A stretch of DNA of 64,000 nt. Origin: Lingula anatina (Eukaryota > Animalia > Brachiopoda). A program made the translations under genes and the position numbers. The notes below the pieces were generated by a model. It worked only from the letters and a program-made list of their open reading frames with translations. It did no database searches and was not told where the DNA came from. Below, one piece after another: positions 1-13,900 of the stretch. How positions within the stretch are numbered: the first letter of the stretch is position 1; each line of letters begins with the position of its first letter. The DNA is taken from positions 38,508,401 through 38,572,400 of the forward strand of contig CM120641.1 of assembly GCA_051362555.1 (NCBI GenBank). The letters run 5' to 3'.

Positions 1-1026
1 GTAGGCCTATTTCTTGTTACAAAATTATCAGGATGATTTTGGTGAAAAGACTCACAGGGATTAAACAAAAAGGGATTAACTGTTTTGTCACGGAAATTAA
101 ATAAACGTATTAGAATCTGATTCCATTATGGTCACATTGCACATATAGTTTTCCTTCCGATCGATTGGTACCATTTTATAAACATAAAACTCACACAGTT
201 GTTTATTGACACACGGAAGTAGAAGGTATCAGATTTGTTGCGACAATAATGATATTTCGAAATGTTAATAAAAATTTGATTACGTGTCTTTCATCGAAAT
301 TATCTGGTTACAGAAACATAAGAAAAAAATGTTGATAAAAAGTTGATTAAATTGGTTGGCATTTAAAGTGATCAGTAGAAAGAGATGGAAATGCTTCAAC
401 GCCCCCCGTCTTATTCAATACAAACTACACTTATACATAGAAGTATACTTGACGCGGATATTAAAGACGGATGAACATTTTTTCGATTAATTAGGTTCAA
501 AAGATGATCAACTAAACACGTAGTTTGTCACGCAGCCTGACAGGTTTGAGTCAACCATGGCAAGAGCCATATAGGCAATGTTCCCCAGAGAGGAATAAAG
601 ACACTGATACCTACGTCATCCTTGTAATCTGACATTTCGAGAAATCTGAGCTGCCTACTGAGAATTTAAGCAATTCCCGACGTGCTACAGAATAAACCTA
701 TTTTCGTCTTTCGTGAACGGAAATCCTGTACTTTCCGTTCTTCCAAATTAAGGGCATACAAATACGAATTTTATTGTATGAATAACCTCTTTTCAGATTA
801 ATATCTCACTGTGTGATTTTGACGTAGCAGGTGGAAGAGCACATTTCACTACTATGCATTTATATTTACGAAAACTTAGGAAGTTTAAGGGTGAACTCTG
901 CAGTGTTTTGTTAAGGGTATGCTTAGGAACCGTATTGACTTTATTTTTATTGCCACATAGTATCATCAACGTTGTAGTTGCGGTCCTGTGAAGTCGTTTA
1001 ATGTAAGTGTATGGAAACAGCCAAAC

Positions 1027-1055
1027 CATGGACATAATCTCTTATTATGTCCATG
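1027..1055. mobile_element. 29-bp P-like transposon remnant / excision footprint
   Basis: CATGGACATAAT-ctctt-ATTATGTCCATG (perfect 12-bp inverted repeat) flanked by the exact 7-bp direct repeat GCCAAAC (1020-1026 and 1056-1062). Confidence 0.75.
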
Positions 1056-1778
1056 GCCAAACATAAAAGTCAAACCAGGATATAACAGGGTCATTTTTTA
1101 GTTATGTGTTTGTTCTGATTTAAATATCTAAAAACTGGCTTCGATAGTTGACAAGTAGACACCACTGTGTGATATGATTCAATATATATGTATACTTACA
1201 AATTTTCCATAGCTTTCATTTCTCTAAGACTCAAAGCACGACCGTATGGATAACGTAATACTAACAGTGGCGTTTATGAGGTATCGGATGTTATCATAAA
1301 ATTGTTCTCCTTTACATATAATTCTTTCCGTACTTTTTTAAAAACCAATGGCCAATGTTGCGTGGCGTGGGCTTTGTGCACTGTAAGATTATTATGTGGG
1401 AAGATGAAAGGATAATGACGATGATCTCAACTTGTTTTCAACCGATGACGAGAGATTGTGACGCAGAACGTCGACATAATTATCGGGATTCGTGAACGTT
1501 TCCCGAAACCAACAAAAAGTCTGAAGTTTTGTCATAGCCAATGCTTCCCTCAAAAGGACTCCGATTTTCTAGTGGTGAACCGCGTATTTTCGGCATAATA
1601 AAACTCTTGCCATGACGTATACCCTGACATACCGGTCAGAAAATAAAACATGCCTCCAGTGTTGCTTGGTTCTTGTCTCTGTGTTCTTGTTGTCTGTAAG
1701 GTCGCATTCGGGCACCCTGAGCTTCAGAGATAACTTGACACTAACCTCTTCACTATAGCCTATCTTCATCGTGTCATT

Positions 1779-2073
1779 GGGGCCGTTCAGAATGGATGAT
1801 CCGAGTACTAACTGACCCGCCGACTAAATATGGCATACCCCACTTCAAAAGCGATACCGCTAATTCCATGATGGTCTCCCCGCCTCCACACGAGCCGTCC
1901 CTGCAGGGGCCTAGCAATTAAACCTAGGAGCCGAGATTTAATACGTTTTATGGCGCGTGTGGAGGCGGGGTAGGGAGGCCATTGGGAATCAGCGGCATCG
2001 CTTGTGAAGTGGGGTCGGCCATATTTAGTCGGCAGATCAGTTAGTACTTGGATCATATATTCTGAATGGCCCC
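1779..2073. mobile_element. Foldback MITE (PIF/Harbinger-like ends)
   Basis: Begins GGGGCCGTTCAGAAT and ends ATTCTGAATGGCCCC, with imperfect inverted arms of over 100 bp (e.g. ccgactaaatatggc / gccatatttagtcgg). Confidence 0.75.
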
Positions 2074-2413
2074 ATTCAGAACAGATGATCCTCAGATCTA
2101 CCGATTCTCGGATCAAATATGGCTGACCCTACATGAAAGTAAAACTGCTTAATTTCGTAATGGTCTCTCCGCCACCCACACGCCTCTCACGCGTCGTTCC
2201 TGAAGGGGCACAGTAATTAATTAATTAATTAATTAATTAATTAATTAATCTCGACGCCATTCGACAGGTAGCTTTAATTACTGTGCCCCTGTAGGGACAA
2301 CGCGCGTAAGAGGCGTGTGGTAGGCGGAGGGACTATTACGGGATTAAGTGATCTTGCTTTCTTGTAAGGTCCGCCACATTTGATCCGCGGATCAATCTTT
2401 TCCGAATGCAACC
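2068..2413. mobile_element. Second related foldback MITE abutting the first, with a central (TAAT)n expansion
   Basis: Inverted arms ggatcaaatatggc...ggggcacagtaattaa / ttaattactgtgcccc...gccacatttgatcc. (TAAT)n at about 2214-2249. A related fragment lies at 9865-10032. Confidence 0.7.
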
Positions 2414-3223
2414 TAAGACTCGCTACAACTAAGATAGAAAAGATCTTGGGTTCTAGGCCACAACCTTGAAACTCGCCTTTCTCTATAGATTGGCTTCCCG
2501 AACAAAGCATACGAACTATTCTTTACTCTGAAAAAGACTTCTCCCTTTGGGAGTGAATTTCCTGTCGTTTCTGTTTTGAATAAGCTTGTCATTTTTCACA
2601 GTGATCGCTTCTTCAGCTAATAACAGTGTGTAATATGTTAGAGGGGACCTTTCAGATGGGCGTGGCAAAGACAAAAAAACAGCAAAAAGGGCATCCGTGC
2701 ACTCCTCTGTTGTAAATGCTCTTTTATAGGTCACGAACCCCGAAGGTGGGTGAAGCCTTTGCTTAAATCTTTAAGTCCCGAAGGTAATATTAACCACAAA
2801 ACATGAATGATCATGTCTCACGCAAACATTTTACAAAAAACACCAAGTGAAAGTCAATGTTAGACTCAATAACGTCTGTTCTCGTCTCTTGCGTTCCCTT
2901 GTGACTGATAATCATGAGATTTCAGACCACACGTATCAGTCTAACCACAAACCGTGTATGTGCTCGTGGAAAATGGTCTGCTTTATGTTATTTGAACAAC
3001 AATTACTAATATCTACTAAAATGATGCCATATTACAAAGGGCACTACCTAATAAGTACGCTTTCTATTATTACCTTTTGTTGTCATGAGGAAGAAAGTAT
3101 TAAAGGAATGGTGGGGAACGGCTGTTATGGGATCTCTAATAGAAAGTTGGTCAACAGATACAGATAGATAATGAAATACATCACTAACACGGTGATTTAG
3201 TATGCCATATAACAGAAAAAAAT

Positions 3224-3271
3224 ACACTACACTACACTACACTTATACTACACTACACTACACTACACTAC
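3224..3271. repeat. (ACTAC)n microsatellite
   Basis: About 9 tandem ACTAC units with one variant. Confidence 0.9.
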
Positions 3272-3390
3272 AGAGGATAAAGTATGATAATATAATGTAA
3301 GAAATGGTTTATACTTCAAAGCATCACTGCATGGTTCAAAATATATTTCGACTTACATATAGCGGTTTGTCACATTGCCTCAAATTGCAG

Positions 3391-5734
3391 ACTGGCTTGA
3401 GCCATGCTAGCGAGCAAGGGTTCATGGACATATTGCGACCCCTAGGCAGCTTGGAAGGGATGGATGTCAATATCCCCGATAACGAGGGAAATACACCCCT
3501 GATCTTCGCAGCAGAGGCAGGTAAAAGAAACTGTTTTATTTATAGTATTTATTACATGGAAATATACTCCCCTAGCAAAAAAGCGTCACCAGCAATGCAA
3601 TGCGTAAAATTATCTACAAAAAAATCAAGTCACAAACCAATGTTTGTTATTCATCTTCTAAAATGATTTTTTCACCAGGAAGGCTGAGTAGCATAATCAT
3701 GCTGAAACATATAACTGGGTAGTCACGACCCCCAAAGATATTCTCGACAGAGTTTCTGAAGTTCCTTTCCAGTACTTGGATGCATTGCTCTGCGTTAAGT
3801 TTTCCGTTGACCACCACCGGCTCACCTAAACCATGGTAACCAATACACTTCATGCCATGACTGATATGCGCCCTGTCGACCAGAGGCAGAAAATTGGGAA
3901 GATACCCTTCTTACCCTTACCAGCTGTTCTCCAAAACCTTCAGCAGGCGTCACTTCTGACAAAAACTGAACCTCCTTTCATATGATAACAGTATCATAGC
4001 CAAGTTGCTGGCTGGTGTCTTCTGACGGTAAACTCAGAAACATGGTTTTGCCTGATTTTGGTTAAATGTTGCAGTCAAGTTCCTTGATGTCATGAAACGT
4101 TTTCAAAGTAGAAGGCGTCCCAGCATTCTCTTTTCTTTGGGTGCGGTGTCCTTCGATCGGCCTTACCTAGGCAATCTTGCCCATGTGGCCCCTTGGTTAT
4201 GATGTTGTGTAACCCTCTGGATGGTTCTTATGGTACAACCCAACTTTCATGGTGAAAAAGTATCCCTCTCACTTACTCCAATGGTCACGCTAGGTAGGTC
4301 AGTTGTTTTACTACTCACATCTCAAATTTGAACGATGATCGGTTGTCTAGTTTTTACGTAATAGTAAAACGATGGGGACCCTGCAAGCAGTGTAAAAAAT
4401 GCCGTAGTGGTGACACTTTTTTGATAGGAGAGTATATAATGCATTAAATTGGGTCTCCATTTGCACTGATAATTTCAATACGGTATGTTGAAGACTTTTG
4501 GAAGCGGTGAGAATACATTACGCCAATTTATGAAAGGATTAAGGTTACATACACCCATAGCAGATTAAATGCTTTATATTGAACTTTTTTTCTGTAATAT
4601 TATTATATAATGCTCATGGTCATTATTTGTCTTCAGAAAAGGTTGTGAACGCCCGGCAGATAATTCATTGTGTGGGCTCTATTTCTACATTTACAGGTCA
4701 GCCGGAAGCCGTCAAGTTTTTAATTCAAAATTTTCCGGATATCAATATTGACCAAGAGAACGAGAATGGTTTAACTGCGCTCATCAAGGCCGCCATTCAA
4801 GGGCAAAGCCAGACTGCAAGTCTTCTCTTGGAAGCAGGTAAGGAATTCATTGTTTACAGGCATTGTACAACAGAAGTATTGGATTGTTTGTACGTCTTTA
4901 CTGATGCCATGTGGCAATGAATAAGAAAATACTGTTTCTACAAAAAGTTTTTTTTCTCCTAGATTGAAGGTAATTTTACAAGGTAGCTGTTTGTCTTCTT
5001 CATTTGCGATAACTAGTTGCAAAGACCTGGTATGTTCAGTGTAACATGCAATTAGGAGATAAGATATAAATGCCAGAAGGCATGTACATCCACGTGCTAT
5101 CTTTACCAAGCACCTACTTGACGACAGTAAATGCGGAAACTTATTCTTTTTTACCATTTTCCAAAACTTGGCTTATCACACCTAGTGCTGTAAATTTGCC
5201 AAACACGTGCAGTATTTAATTTTTTACAATAAAGATTCTTCTTTATTTATATTTCTCTGTTTTACAGGTGCATCGGTTCTTCACAAAGACAAAATGCGAG
5301 GGATGAACGCCCAAGAATGGGCGCTTTATTGTGGCCGAAAAGACTGTGCGGACAGTATAGCAAAGTTCCTAAAAACTAAAAAGACGTGGTTCAAAAAACA
5401 TGGAACGCCACCATGTATAAGACTAAAACAGCAGCACCGACAATCAATCAGCGAACCAGACCTAATTTATGCAGTAAAGAACAATGATCGCGGATTGAAA
5501 GTCAACTTCCAGCAAACTTTCAGGAGAATATTCAGTCGCTGTACGGGAAACAAAAAACGGGAACTAACCCCGAATAAACAAGCATTCCAGCCACTCGTGC
5601 AGGCCGCGCGTTGCGCTTCATCTCCACTTCTCCCAGATATTGTGAGTCCGCCTAACTCACCAATGATCTTTAAGAGAGAATGCGTCAATCAAAGACCAAT
5701 AATGATTGTTCCCAAGGTGAACATTTCGCCTTAG
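3391..5734 (+). CDS. ANKRD33B: Ankyrin repeat protein, ANKRD33B/PANKY-like (5' exon(s) not identified)
   Basis: Exons 3391-3520, 4697-4837, 5268-5734 with AG/GT sites and phases 1/1. They translate TGLSHASEQGF..DVNIPDNEGNTPLIFAAEAG / ..NENGLTALIKAAIQG..LLLEAG / ASVLHKDKMRGMNAQEWALYCGR, resembling the ANKRD33 family ankyrin pattern (recalled). Confidence 0.75.
3567..4432 (-). mobile_element. Degenerate, internally deleted Tc1/mariner element in an intron of the ankyrin gene
   Basis: TIRs CTCCCCTAGCAAAAAAGCGTCACCA / TGGTGACACTTTTTTGATAGGAGAG with TA on both sides. Minus-strand transposase fragments: CIGYHGLGEPVVVNGKLNAEQCIQVLE, FQHDYA and LPR*GRS. Confidence 0.9.
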
Positions 5735-7965
5735 TGTTATCTTTACATATATATTTTACACACAACATCATAAATGGATTTTCACTGAAATAAATAGGAA
5801 TGCTGGCAAGAAAATGTTGAAGCCCAATTTTGCTACAGGGCGGGAGAATCACTAAATACCAATCGATATTTTAACAATGCGGTAATTTATGGTACACTTC
5901 ATTGCCTCTAATATGGTATCTAGTCAAAGATTCCGAATTGAGAGAGAGAGTCGTTTATTTCCACAAAACAACGCTGAGATATTACTGAGATGTTCAAAGG
6001 GAAATAGAAGAGTTTAAATCAACACTGATTCTACAATACATTACGTTTGTGCTGTGGCCTTTTTTTTTGTATTTTAAATGTCAAGTCCTTTGTGCGTTCT
6101 CAGTTGACGGAGCATTGCACGGCGACGGAAATAAATCAGAGGGATAACCTCCATGTCGTGATCCTGAATCTCAACGTGAGGTCAATTAATGTCCAGGGAC
6201 AAATGTGCCAGTATAATTGATCTCCGGCAGAGGTTACTTAGCCGTACACTTTTACGACTGGGCAGCAGAACTGTCAAATGGACAGACAATGTGATTAGAA
6301 TTCATGAAACAAATCTGCACCAAAGATATAACTATTACGTAGGGCATATTTTATATGCGTGAACCACTGGAGCACCTAACTAGACAATACATTGCTTTTC
6401 TCGGCAACGCGACTACCTTCTTGGCTGGCATTTTTTAAATTACTAGATAACAAATTGGAAGCTGTGGGGGCATTACGAAGTTGTCAGTTTTCAACACGAA
6501 CACATTCATAAAACTTCAACTCATTTATTTATATGTTGTATATTTAAGTAGCATGTCGTAATTTCTTTTAAGTATAAACTTGTTAAAATCTATAAAGATC
6601 ATGTGTGAGATTCTTTTAAAATTTGGCATATTCTTCTCTATTCTGGATTAAGATCATGTCATTCCTCTGTTAAAAGCATTCTTTAATACATTAAAATGTG
6701 ATGTTCAAAGTATTTGTGACATACCTTTACAATAAAACACCTTGCAAAATTGTGTGTTGTATCACATAAAAAAGACAGTTGTATGTAATGTGAAAAGATG
6801 ATAAAATTACACAATTCACATTTGGATCGAAATCTATCCACTATGCCTTGCTCTATTACTCTTTCATAAGTTAAAACTTTACTCAGCAGCAACCAGGCAG
6901 GTAAATTTGGAATTCAAAGTTCCAATTTAAAATATCAAGAAAATAATGCCTGGAGTGTTTGATTACAACTGATAAAATATCTTAAACTAAAAAAAAAAAA
7001 TAAAAATTAAAACCTACATCAAAGCAGTCTGTATTTTGCATTTTCTTAATTTTCTGGCAAAAATCATCTTTACAGAAAAAAGAAATACTTTTTAAAAAAT
7101 TACATAATAGTTTAAAACAGTAATATTAAAGTTTTAAACATTTGCTCCATACTTTTAATATACTTAACAGTCTTTGTACTTGACGAGATAACTTTTAAAA
7201 TATACAGTATATCTGAATACACATTTAAAAAAATCTGACGTAAAATTTCTCACCTTTTGAAGCACTTTATTAATCTCCTTTGAAGCACTTCATCTTTTTT
7301 TCTCACATTTAGCTGAGCATGTATTTACCACAATTAATAGGATCTCGAAAGTGTACAATGGCACTTTTAAAATATACAGTATATGGTTTCAGGATTTGTC
7401 ACTGATGCATAGATGCACTTTCAACACATTCACATACTTTTAGACATTCTCTAATGCTAAAATAATGAGGTTTGTAATGATCCAGCAGTGTTCTTAGACA
7501 AGACCATTTGCCAGCATTTCATCTCAGCCTCCATAATGAGCCAACAGTAGGTCATTGAAGAAATTAATTGGACTATTATACACCTTATAATTGTTAATGT
7601 ATATAATAACATAGATATAACCTGCATAATCTCCATTGCGACTCAGCAGTATTTTTGAGACAATGCATACAGAGCTTGAACATTGTGTCTTATTCAACCT
7701 TCAAATGTATATTACTCAGCAGCAACACACATGAAGAAATGCAGTTGGCAACTGTCAATTTTTTTCTGTGATTGCTGTTCCAAGAGGAATTTCATGAACA
7801 TTAATTTGCAGTGTGTGGCTGTCAACAACAATCAACTGAAGCCACTGGAGTGCTTTTATGGCCAGGTTCTGTAAGGATAGCAACAGCTAAAAAACATGGC
7901 ACCCTGGAGTTAAAAGTGCCTGTCCTCACTTGCTTTTGTTAATAAACCATTAGAAAACCTGTTCA

Positions 7966-10900
7966 TCATACTTCATACATGTTGTAGGAGAAGTGCTGTG
8001 GGTTTCCAGATAAATGAATATTCCGAAAGTCCTCTGGAAAATCAGAAAAGTCTAATGTTAAGAAAAATTGACTTGGTATCTCTCATTTCTTCAACTTTAT
8101 AATATAAAAGTCTATCATTTTGACAGCAGCGTACTTTGATGACAAGATAAACATTACTGGCTTCTGTTAGCATTTTAACAAATAGGAAAATGGTGATAAA
8201 GTTGTAGTCATGAACTTTTAACATACCTTGTAAGCCAAAAGGCAAGTCATCTTCAAACTCCATCTGGGTCTTAGATCTCTCCAACAGCTCTGGGTCATAC
8301 TGATCCACAGCAAAATTGAAGGACAGAGCTGAAAGTAGACAAACACACTTAAGTAGGAAATCTATTACGACTGAAAAATATATAATGTAATAAATTTCAT
8401 ATCAAATTGTTATATGTGACCAACTGCCTAAATGTGAAAATATAACATTTTCAGATTTGCCACATATTGAAATGTGGATTATATAAATGCACAGACAGAC
8501 ACCACTGTCAGTAAACTTCAGTTTCTAAAGAAAGGAGTCTTCAATAGGCTGCATATTTAATATTGTGAGGACAGATCAACTCTTGGCATTTCAGTGTCAT
8601 CCACAGCCAGAGATGGCTAATTTACAAGAAGTTTCAGAATACTGTGTCATTTTGAAAGACCTCTGGATAACTGTAAGGAAATACTACATTGTTTTCTTTT
8701 TCCTAGAGTCTTTCACTTCTTAATGGATAATTACAAAAGGATCTATGGCTGTACAAAAACAAAACATAAAGATACAGACATCTGTCATAATGCAAAAAGT
8801 TACACAGGATTACTGAAAATTCCTACCAATAAACATCTAGTAAATCTTGAGAAAATTCTGTTTGGAAAAAAAGCAAGTCATTTAGGTACCTTCTCCTGGA
8901 AATAGACGCCATCATGGCAATTAAAACTTTCTGATCACCATGAAGTAGACGGCTTAACATGTATTCTCTATTAACTGAACAGTGAGCGGATTAACTATGG
9001 GATTTGAAAGGCCACACAGGGTGAGACAACTGTAGAATTGCCAAGATTCTCAGTCACATACTCTTGGTAGTTGAATCCTAAAGATATTCTATACAGGATT
9101 TACCCACCAAAATGAATTTTCCTCCGTAGGGTGGTGGTGGTGGTGGTGGTGGGGGAGGGGGGAGTGGAGCAATTTTCTTCTACTCATAAATCATTGCTCA
9201 ACCCATTTTTACACTTCGATTCGATGTTTTATTCCATTTCTAATTCAATAATTTAGTTTGATAGGACTGGCCAGTCATTTAGAATGCCATGTTCTTTATT
9301 GTACATTTTAGAAAGAACTATTGACACCAGGCACTTTTACTTGACCGGTTTTATAGTTTTAAGGTCTAAACTGGAAAAGAATGCAGGATATGTAGAGATA
9401 GAAAATTATATGACTTTGGGAATTTTTCAAATGCATGCAGTACACCTTTAAACATTTTATTAAGGACGTTTTTGGATGCGGATGCAGTTTTGCACACACT
9501 AACAACACAAACAAGCCAATGCAATAAATTTACCACAAGTTAAATTATTCAAGAACATGATTAGCACTGTTTATACATGTACCATCAAGAGAATTGAAAG
9601 TGGAGCCACATGTGTACTTGAATGCTTTGTAAGGAATTTATAAAATTAATACCCGGCGCGTCTTATACATGAATTGTGAAGATTATTTACTTTTTGAAAT
9701 TCATTCTCATACATTATTTGTCAAACTGCTATTTCACACAATTAAATAAAAATATCCAATTAACTAACAATAGCTTCTGAAGACAGACATTAGTCCCATA
9801 GGACAGGCTGTATAAAGAGAGGTAATGACACCCTTAGAAACTAACATAGATCGCATTCACAACGAGTCCGCCTCTCACACGCCTCCCCATGTGTCGTCCC
9901 AATGGAGCCGAGATTTAATGACTGTCCCCCCGCAGGGACGAAGTGTGGGGAGGTGTGTGAGAGGCGGAGAGACTATTAAAAGATTAGGCGGTTTTTCTTT
10001 CATGTACGTCCGCCATATTTAGTCCCCAGGATTTGTAAAGCCTGGCTCAACTCGTTGTGAATGCGATCATAATGTCAGAAAACAAAGATGGTATCAGGAC
10101 ATTCCGTTGTATTTCATATAATGTGACAATTTTTGGACCTTGATATGAAATAGTACCTGTCAATATTGCATGGATTTTTATATATAAGTATACATTATAA
10201 AGTAGTTTTAACAAATGTATAGATATCTTCCTTCTTTTTTTTTTCTTTTGGCTGTTTAAGGTAAAAAGAAAAAAAGACTTCACTAGCGTATGTGAGCCTA
10301 TTGAAGTACATGTTAAGTAAAGAAACACTGGTCATGAAGCACCTGTGACATCAAACCCTTTACTGAAATGACCACCAGTTTATACATACACACATTTTAG
10401 CTGTCCAGGTGGTCCAGGTGTAGACCTTAATGACAAAACCCATCACCTAGCATGTATATGGACCACCATATGATGCCTTACAGCAAATATCAATTGAAAG
10501 TGTTTCAGAGGAAAAATTTCCTTTGGGATCTTAAATGGTTTGACCCTGGCAGAAAGATTGAACAAGCTAACGGCAAGGAGTTATAACAGAAGGAGATTAC
10601 ACGCAAGCCTTTCTATTGTCCGATGTCTGTTACGGTGGGCGGAGCTAGCTACGGGGGGCCTCCGGTCTCAAGGTTTCGTCTGCGTCGCTCTCCTCAGCTT
10701 GGAGATAAATTTCATATGCGTTATTTCGCGTTAGAATTCGAGATCAGTAATGTCAAAGCGCCGCTGTATGCTGACGATTTTTTTCACAGGTAATTATTTG
10801 GACGATGTGCTGGAAGGGAACGATATCATAGAAAGCGATTATAAGGTGGTGACTGAGGATGGTCGCCATGAGCTTTTTTTAGTCGGTGATAGATGGCTTT

Positions 10901-13900
10901 TTTATGGCACAACCCGGTGAAAAATCACCAAGGAGAAGTCAAAAGAAAACGTCCCAACTGTGGTTTGTGAAAATGACGTTCAAGTGAACGTCTGTCCTCA
11001 CTGCCAAAGGACATAATATTAATACATTAACGTTTGGACCCTCCTGCCCTTGGGTCCCATAAACATATACATTGTGACAGTGCCTACGCTTTGTGTCTGG
11101 TTTTAAATTTCTTAAAGTATTTTTTCTCTCACTCGGTATAATTTTAATATTATAATGCATTTAATTAAAATTTTAATCCAAGGTTGAGGCAATGCCACGA
11201 CAAGTCAGTTTACTGAATACTCGTTATAAATTTCTTTATCTTGGAAATTTCCCTTTTTTTAGGATTATTTGACACGTACTAACACTGTTCATATTTGTCG
11301 GTAAACAAGTGCACAGTGCTATACATTAAGAATAATTATTCATTCATAAATATATTTATGTACAAAATATATCAGAAATTTTAGTATTCACTGAGCTCTT
11401 TAAAGTGAAACAAATAAAGATGAGAATATTGAATTTCAAACTATTATTTACTATATTAACTTAAAATATCTTTTAAGTCAATTCTATACTCAAGCACTCT
11501 ATACTCATGAAAAGTAGCATCTGTGAGTAAAACCATTTTATTATATCAATAGAAGAACAAAAACAAAAATTTTACACATAAGCAGTAATAAATGAAGTCA
11601 TAAGAATGATTAAGTTGCTACAGTTTTCCAGTTTTATGCAGTCTATAATGGCATTTTTTTCAACCGTGCAAATAGAAATAATTATATTCTTTTTTATCTG
11701 ACTTGCTGATACCAGTCTGTGCCAGATACTATTCCACTTACAGGCCAGCAAGGTCTGAGAATCTAATGGGCTGAATGAAAAAAAAAAATCCTAGAAGATA
11801 AAGTGGTTAATTCTTACAAATAGGATGAAAAACATGGGATTTTCAAAAGGTTATTATAGATCAAGACAACACTTAGTAAGAACATTTATAAAATGTAACA
11901 GCTGAAAAAATTAACTGGTAAGTAAGCAGTAAGTGACTGCTTTAAAGAAATTTCACTGAAACAGAAATTTCACTGGCAATCAGGTAGACTGTTATACCAT
12001 GGCACTCAACAATTTATATATAGGTTTTGAATTTTTTTCCACGTAACAGTAACATAAAATTTATGTCCACTTTTGCAATGTATAGAGTCAGTTAGGTGAC
12101 TGAAAATATTTTAAAATGTCATAAAGGAGCACTATTAATTTAATGCAATCTCTGTTGGCCAGTCTTATCCAGTTTCTTCTCCAAAAAGGACAACTCAAGT
12201 GAGAATTTCTTCAGGGCCTTTTCTTCTGCCTTGCTAATGCCATGCCACTCAGAAAAGAGAGAAACCTGTAGGTTAGAAAAAAAAAACATAATAATAGCAT
12301 TATGAACTACTAGTATCCATGTAGACATTATGGAATTATGCAGTGAAGTTAATGTGTCTTGTTATGACTTGACTGAAATAATGTTCACCACATAAATGAA
12401 CAATTTACAACTAAATTTATATGGAACATCAAGATTCATGATTACAAGCTAATAACCCCCAAGAAATTGAAAGAAATTGTACTTATTACAAGAAATTATT
12501 TAAATCCGCCCTGGTCCCTACTCTTCTGACAGGACAAAAAGGGGATTTCAGAGAGGCTGGTTGCTAAAAGGAAAATGCCCAAGGTTGTTGTATTTAGAAA
12601 AAAAAAATTAAAAAGGGTACTGTTGTTAGTGAATGTTTAATGCATCTTAGGCATTATGACAAAAAGTAACTTACCCCAGACACACTGACCTCCTTTTTTC
12701 ATTGACATATTTTAATTTTTTCCAGCCTGACCATAATTCATATATTCAATGCAGCCTTCTCCCATATCTATAATAGAAAAAAAAACTTGAGTAGTGTTAA
12801 GATATGCATGTCAAATTCATTATCAATTTTGAGAGAATTTCTGTTTCAACACTACAAGATGAAATATTTAATTTCAAGTAATGAATAAACCTTAATAGAG
12901 TTCTATTCTTTTGTAACCACCAAGGCAAAGCTTCTTTCTTAAAATGAACTGAAACATCCAAGCTTGCAACCTAACATGCCAAAGTAGTGAAGTATAATTT
13001 AAGTAGAGAAGCAAGTACCCCTTAATTATAGAGGTGTCTTACACAATAAGGTGTGTCTTACACACCTCGACTCAAAGAGAGATGTGTAGTGAGATAACAG
13101 GTAAAATAATTGGTGGAGCCTAGGTGAACTTAAAACCTTAAGACTTTGAATTAAGAAGCACCAGGATTCATGTGTGTTCTTTTTTCAAAGGTTTAATATG
13201 AATTAAAACATATATATGTAAAAAGAAGACTAAATAAGTTAAAAATAACTATACCAAAGACACTGTGAAGTCAAACTTCCTGTTAGACCGCCATGATGGA
13301 AAATGCTGGGTGGAGGCAAAATTTTCCAGTCAAAAAAACTGAGCACTTTACTTTAACAACAAAGTTACCACTCCAAAGCCACCCACCATGGTGAGAAGAA
13401 AAATGATGACCAACTGTCATGATAAGTCTTTTTAGATTTAGACATGAAAAAGGTAAAGGCCAAAATGGTACATTTACCCATAACACTAGAGTAAAAAATT
13501 GGTATTCTGAACAAATCGGGTTATTTTTTTCAAGAAATATTGGAGCAGTATCCATGCAATATATACCACGCCACGACCAAGATGTTCAAGAATCTAAACA
13601 CACCAATTTTTTTTATAATCTTGCATTTGAAAAGTACAAAAAGCGGTAAGGCTTTCGGCCGTAACAAGCGTAACACTTTTTGATCGGAACTCATGAAAAT
13701 TGTCAATTGTCGTATCCAAGCTAGACCACATGTAAAATCGCAAAAAAAAACAATACTGCTCAAGCAAGTGTGTTGCACACATAACAATTAGTTAAATTTT
13801 ATGACTGTCATGTGACACAAGTTTCAAAAAGTAGGAGGAAAATGTCTTTTGGAGTAATTTTTTTTTCGAAAAATTAACAAGATGGCGGTTTAAGCATCTG

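Noticed and set aside
1330-1520. Possible first exon of the ankyrin gene
   Set aside because: The acidic frame KDNDDDLNLFSTDDERL is bounded by stops, with no in-frame ATG or convincing donor.
9330-9450. Similarity to about 40350-40475 as the ends of one large element
   Set aside because: Same orientation, diverged, no TSD. More simply two fragments of a dispersed repeat.
12140-12767. Exon-like segments 12767-12675 and 12265-12140 as extra INVS exons
   Set aside because: They are phase 0 in a phase-1 host intron, would add stops, and lie inside element A. INVS reads through cleanly from 14590 to 8328.
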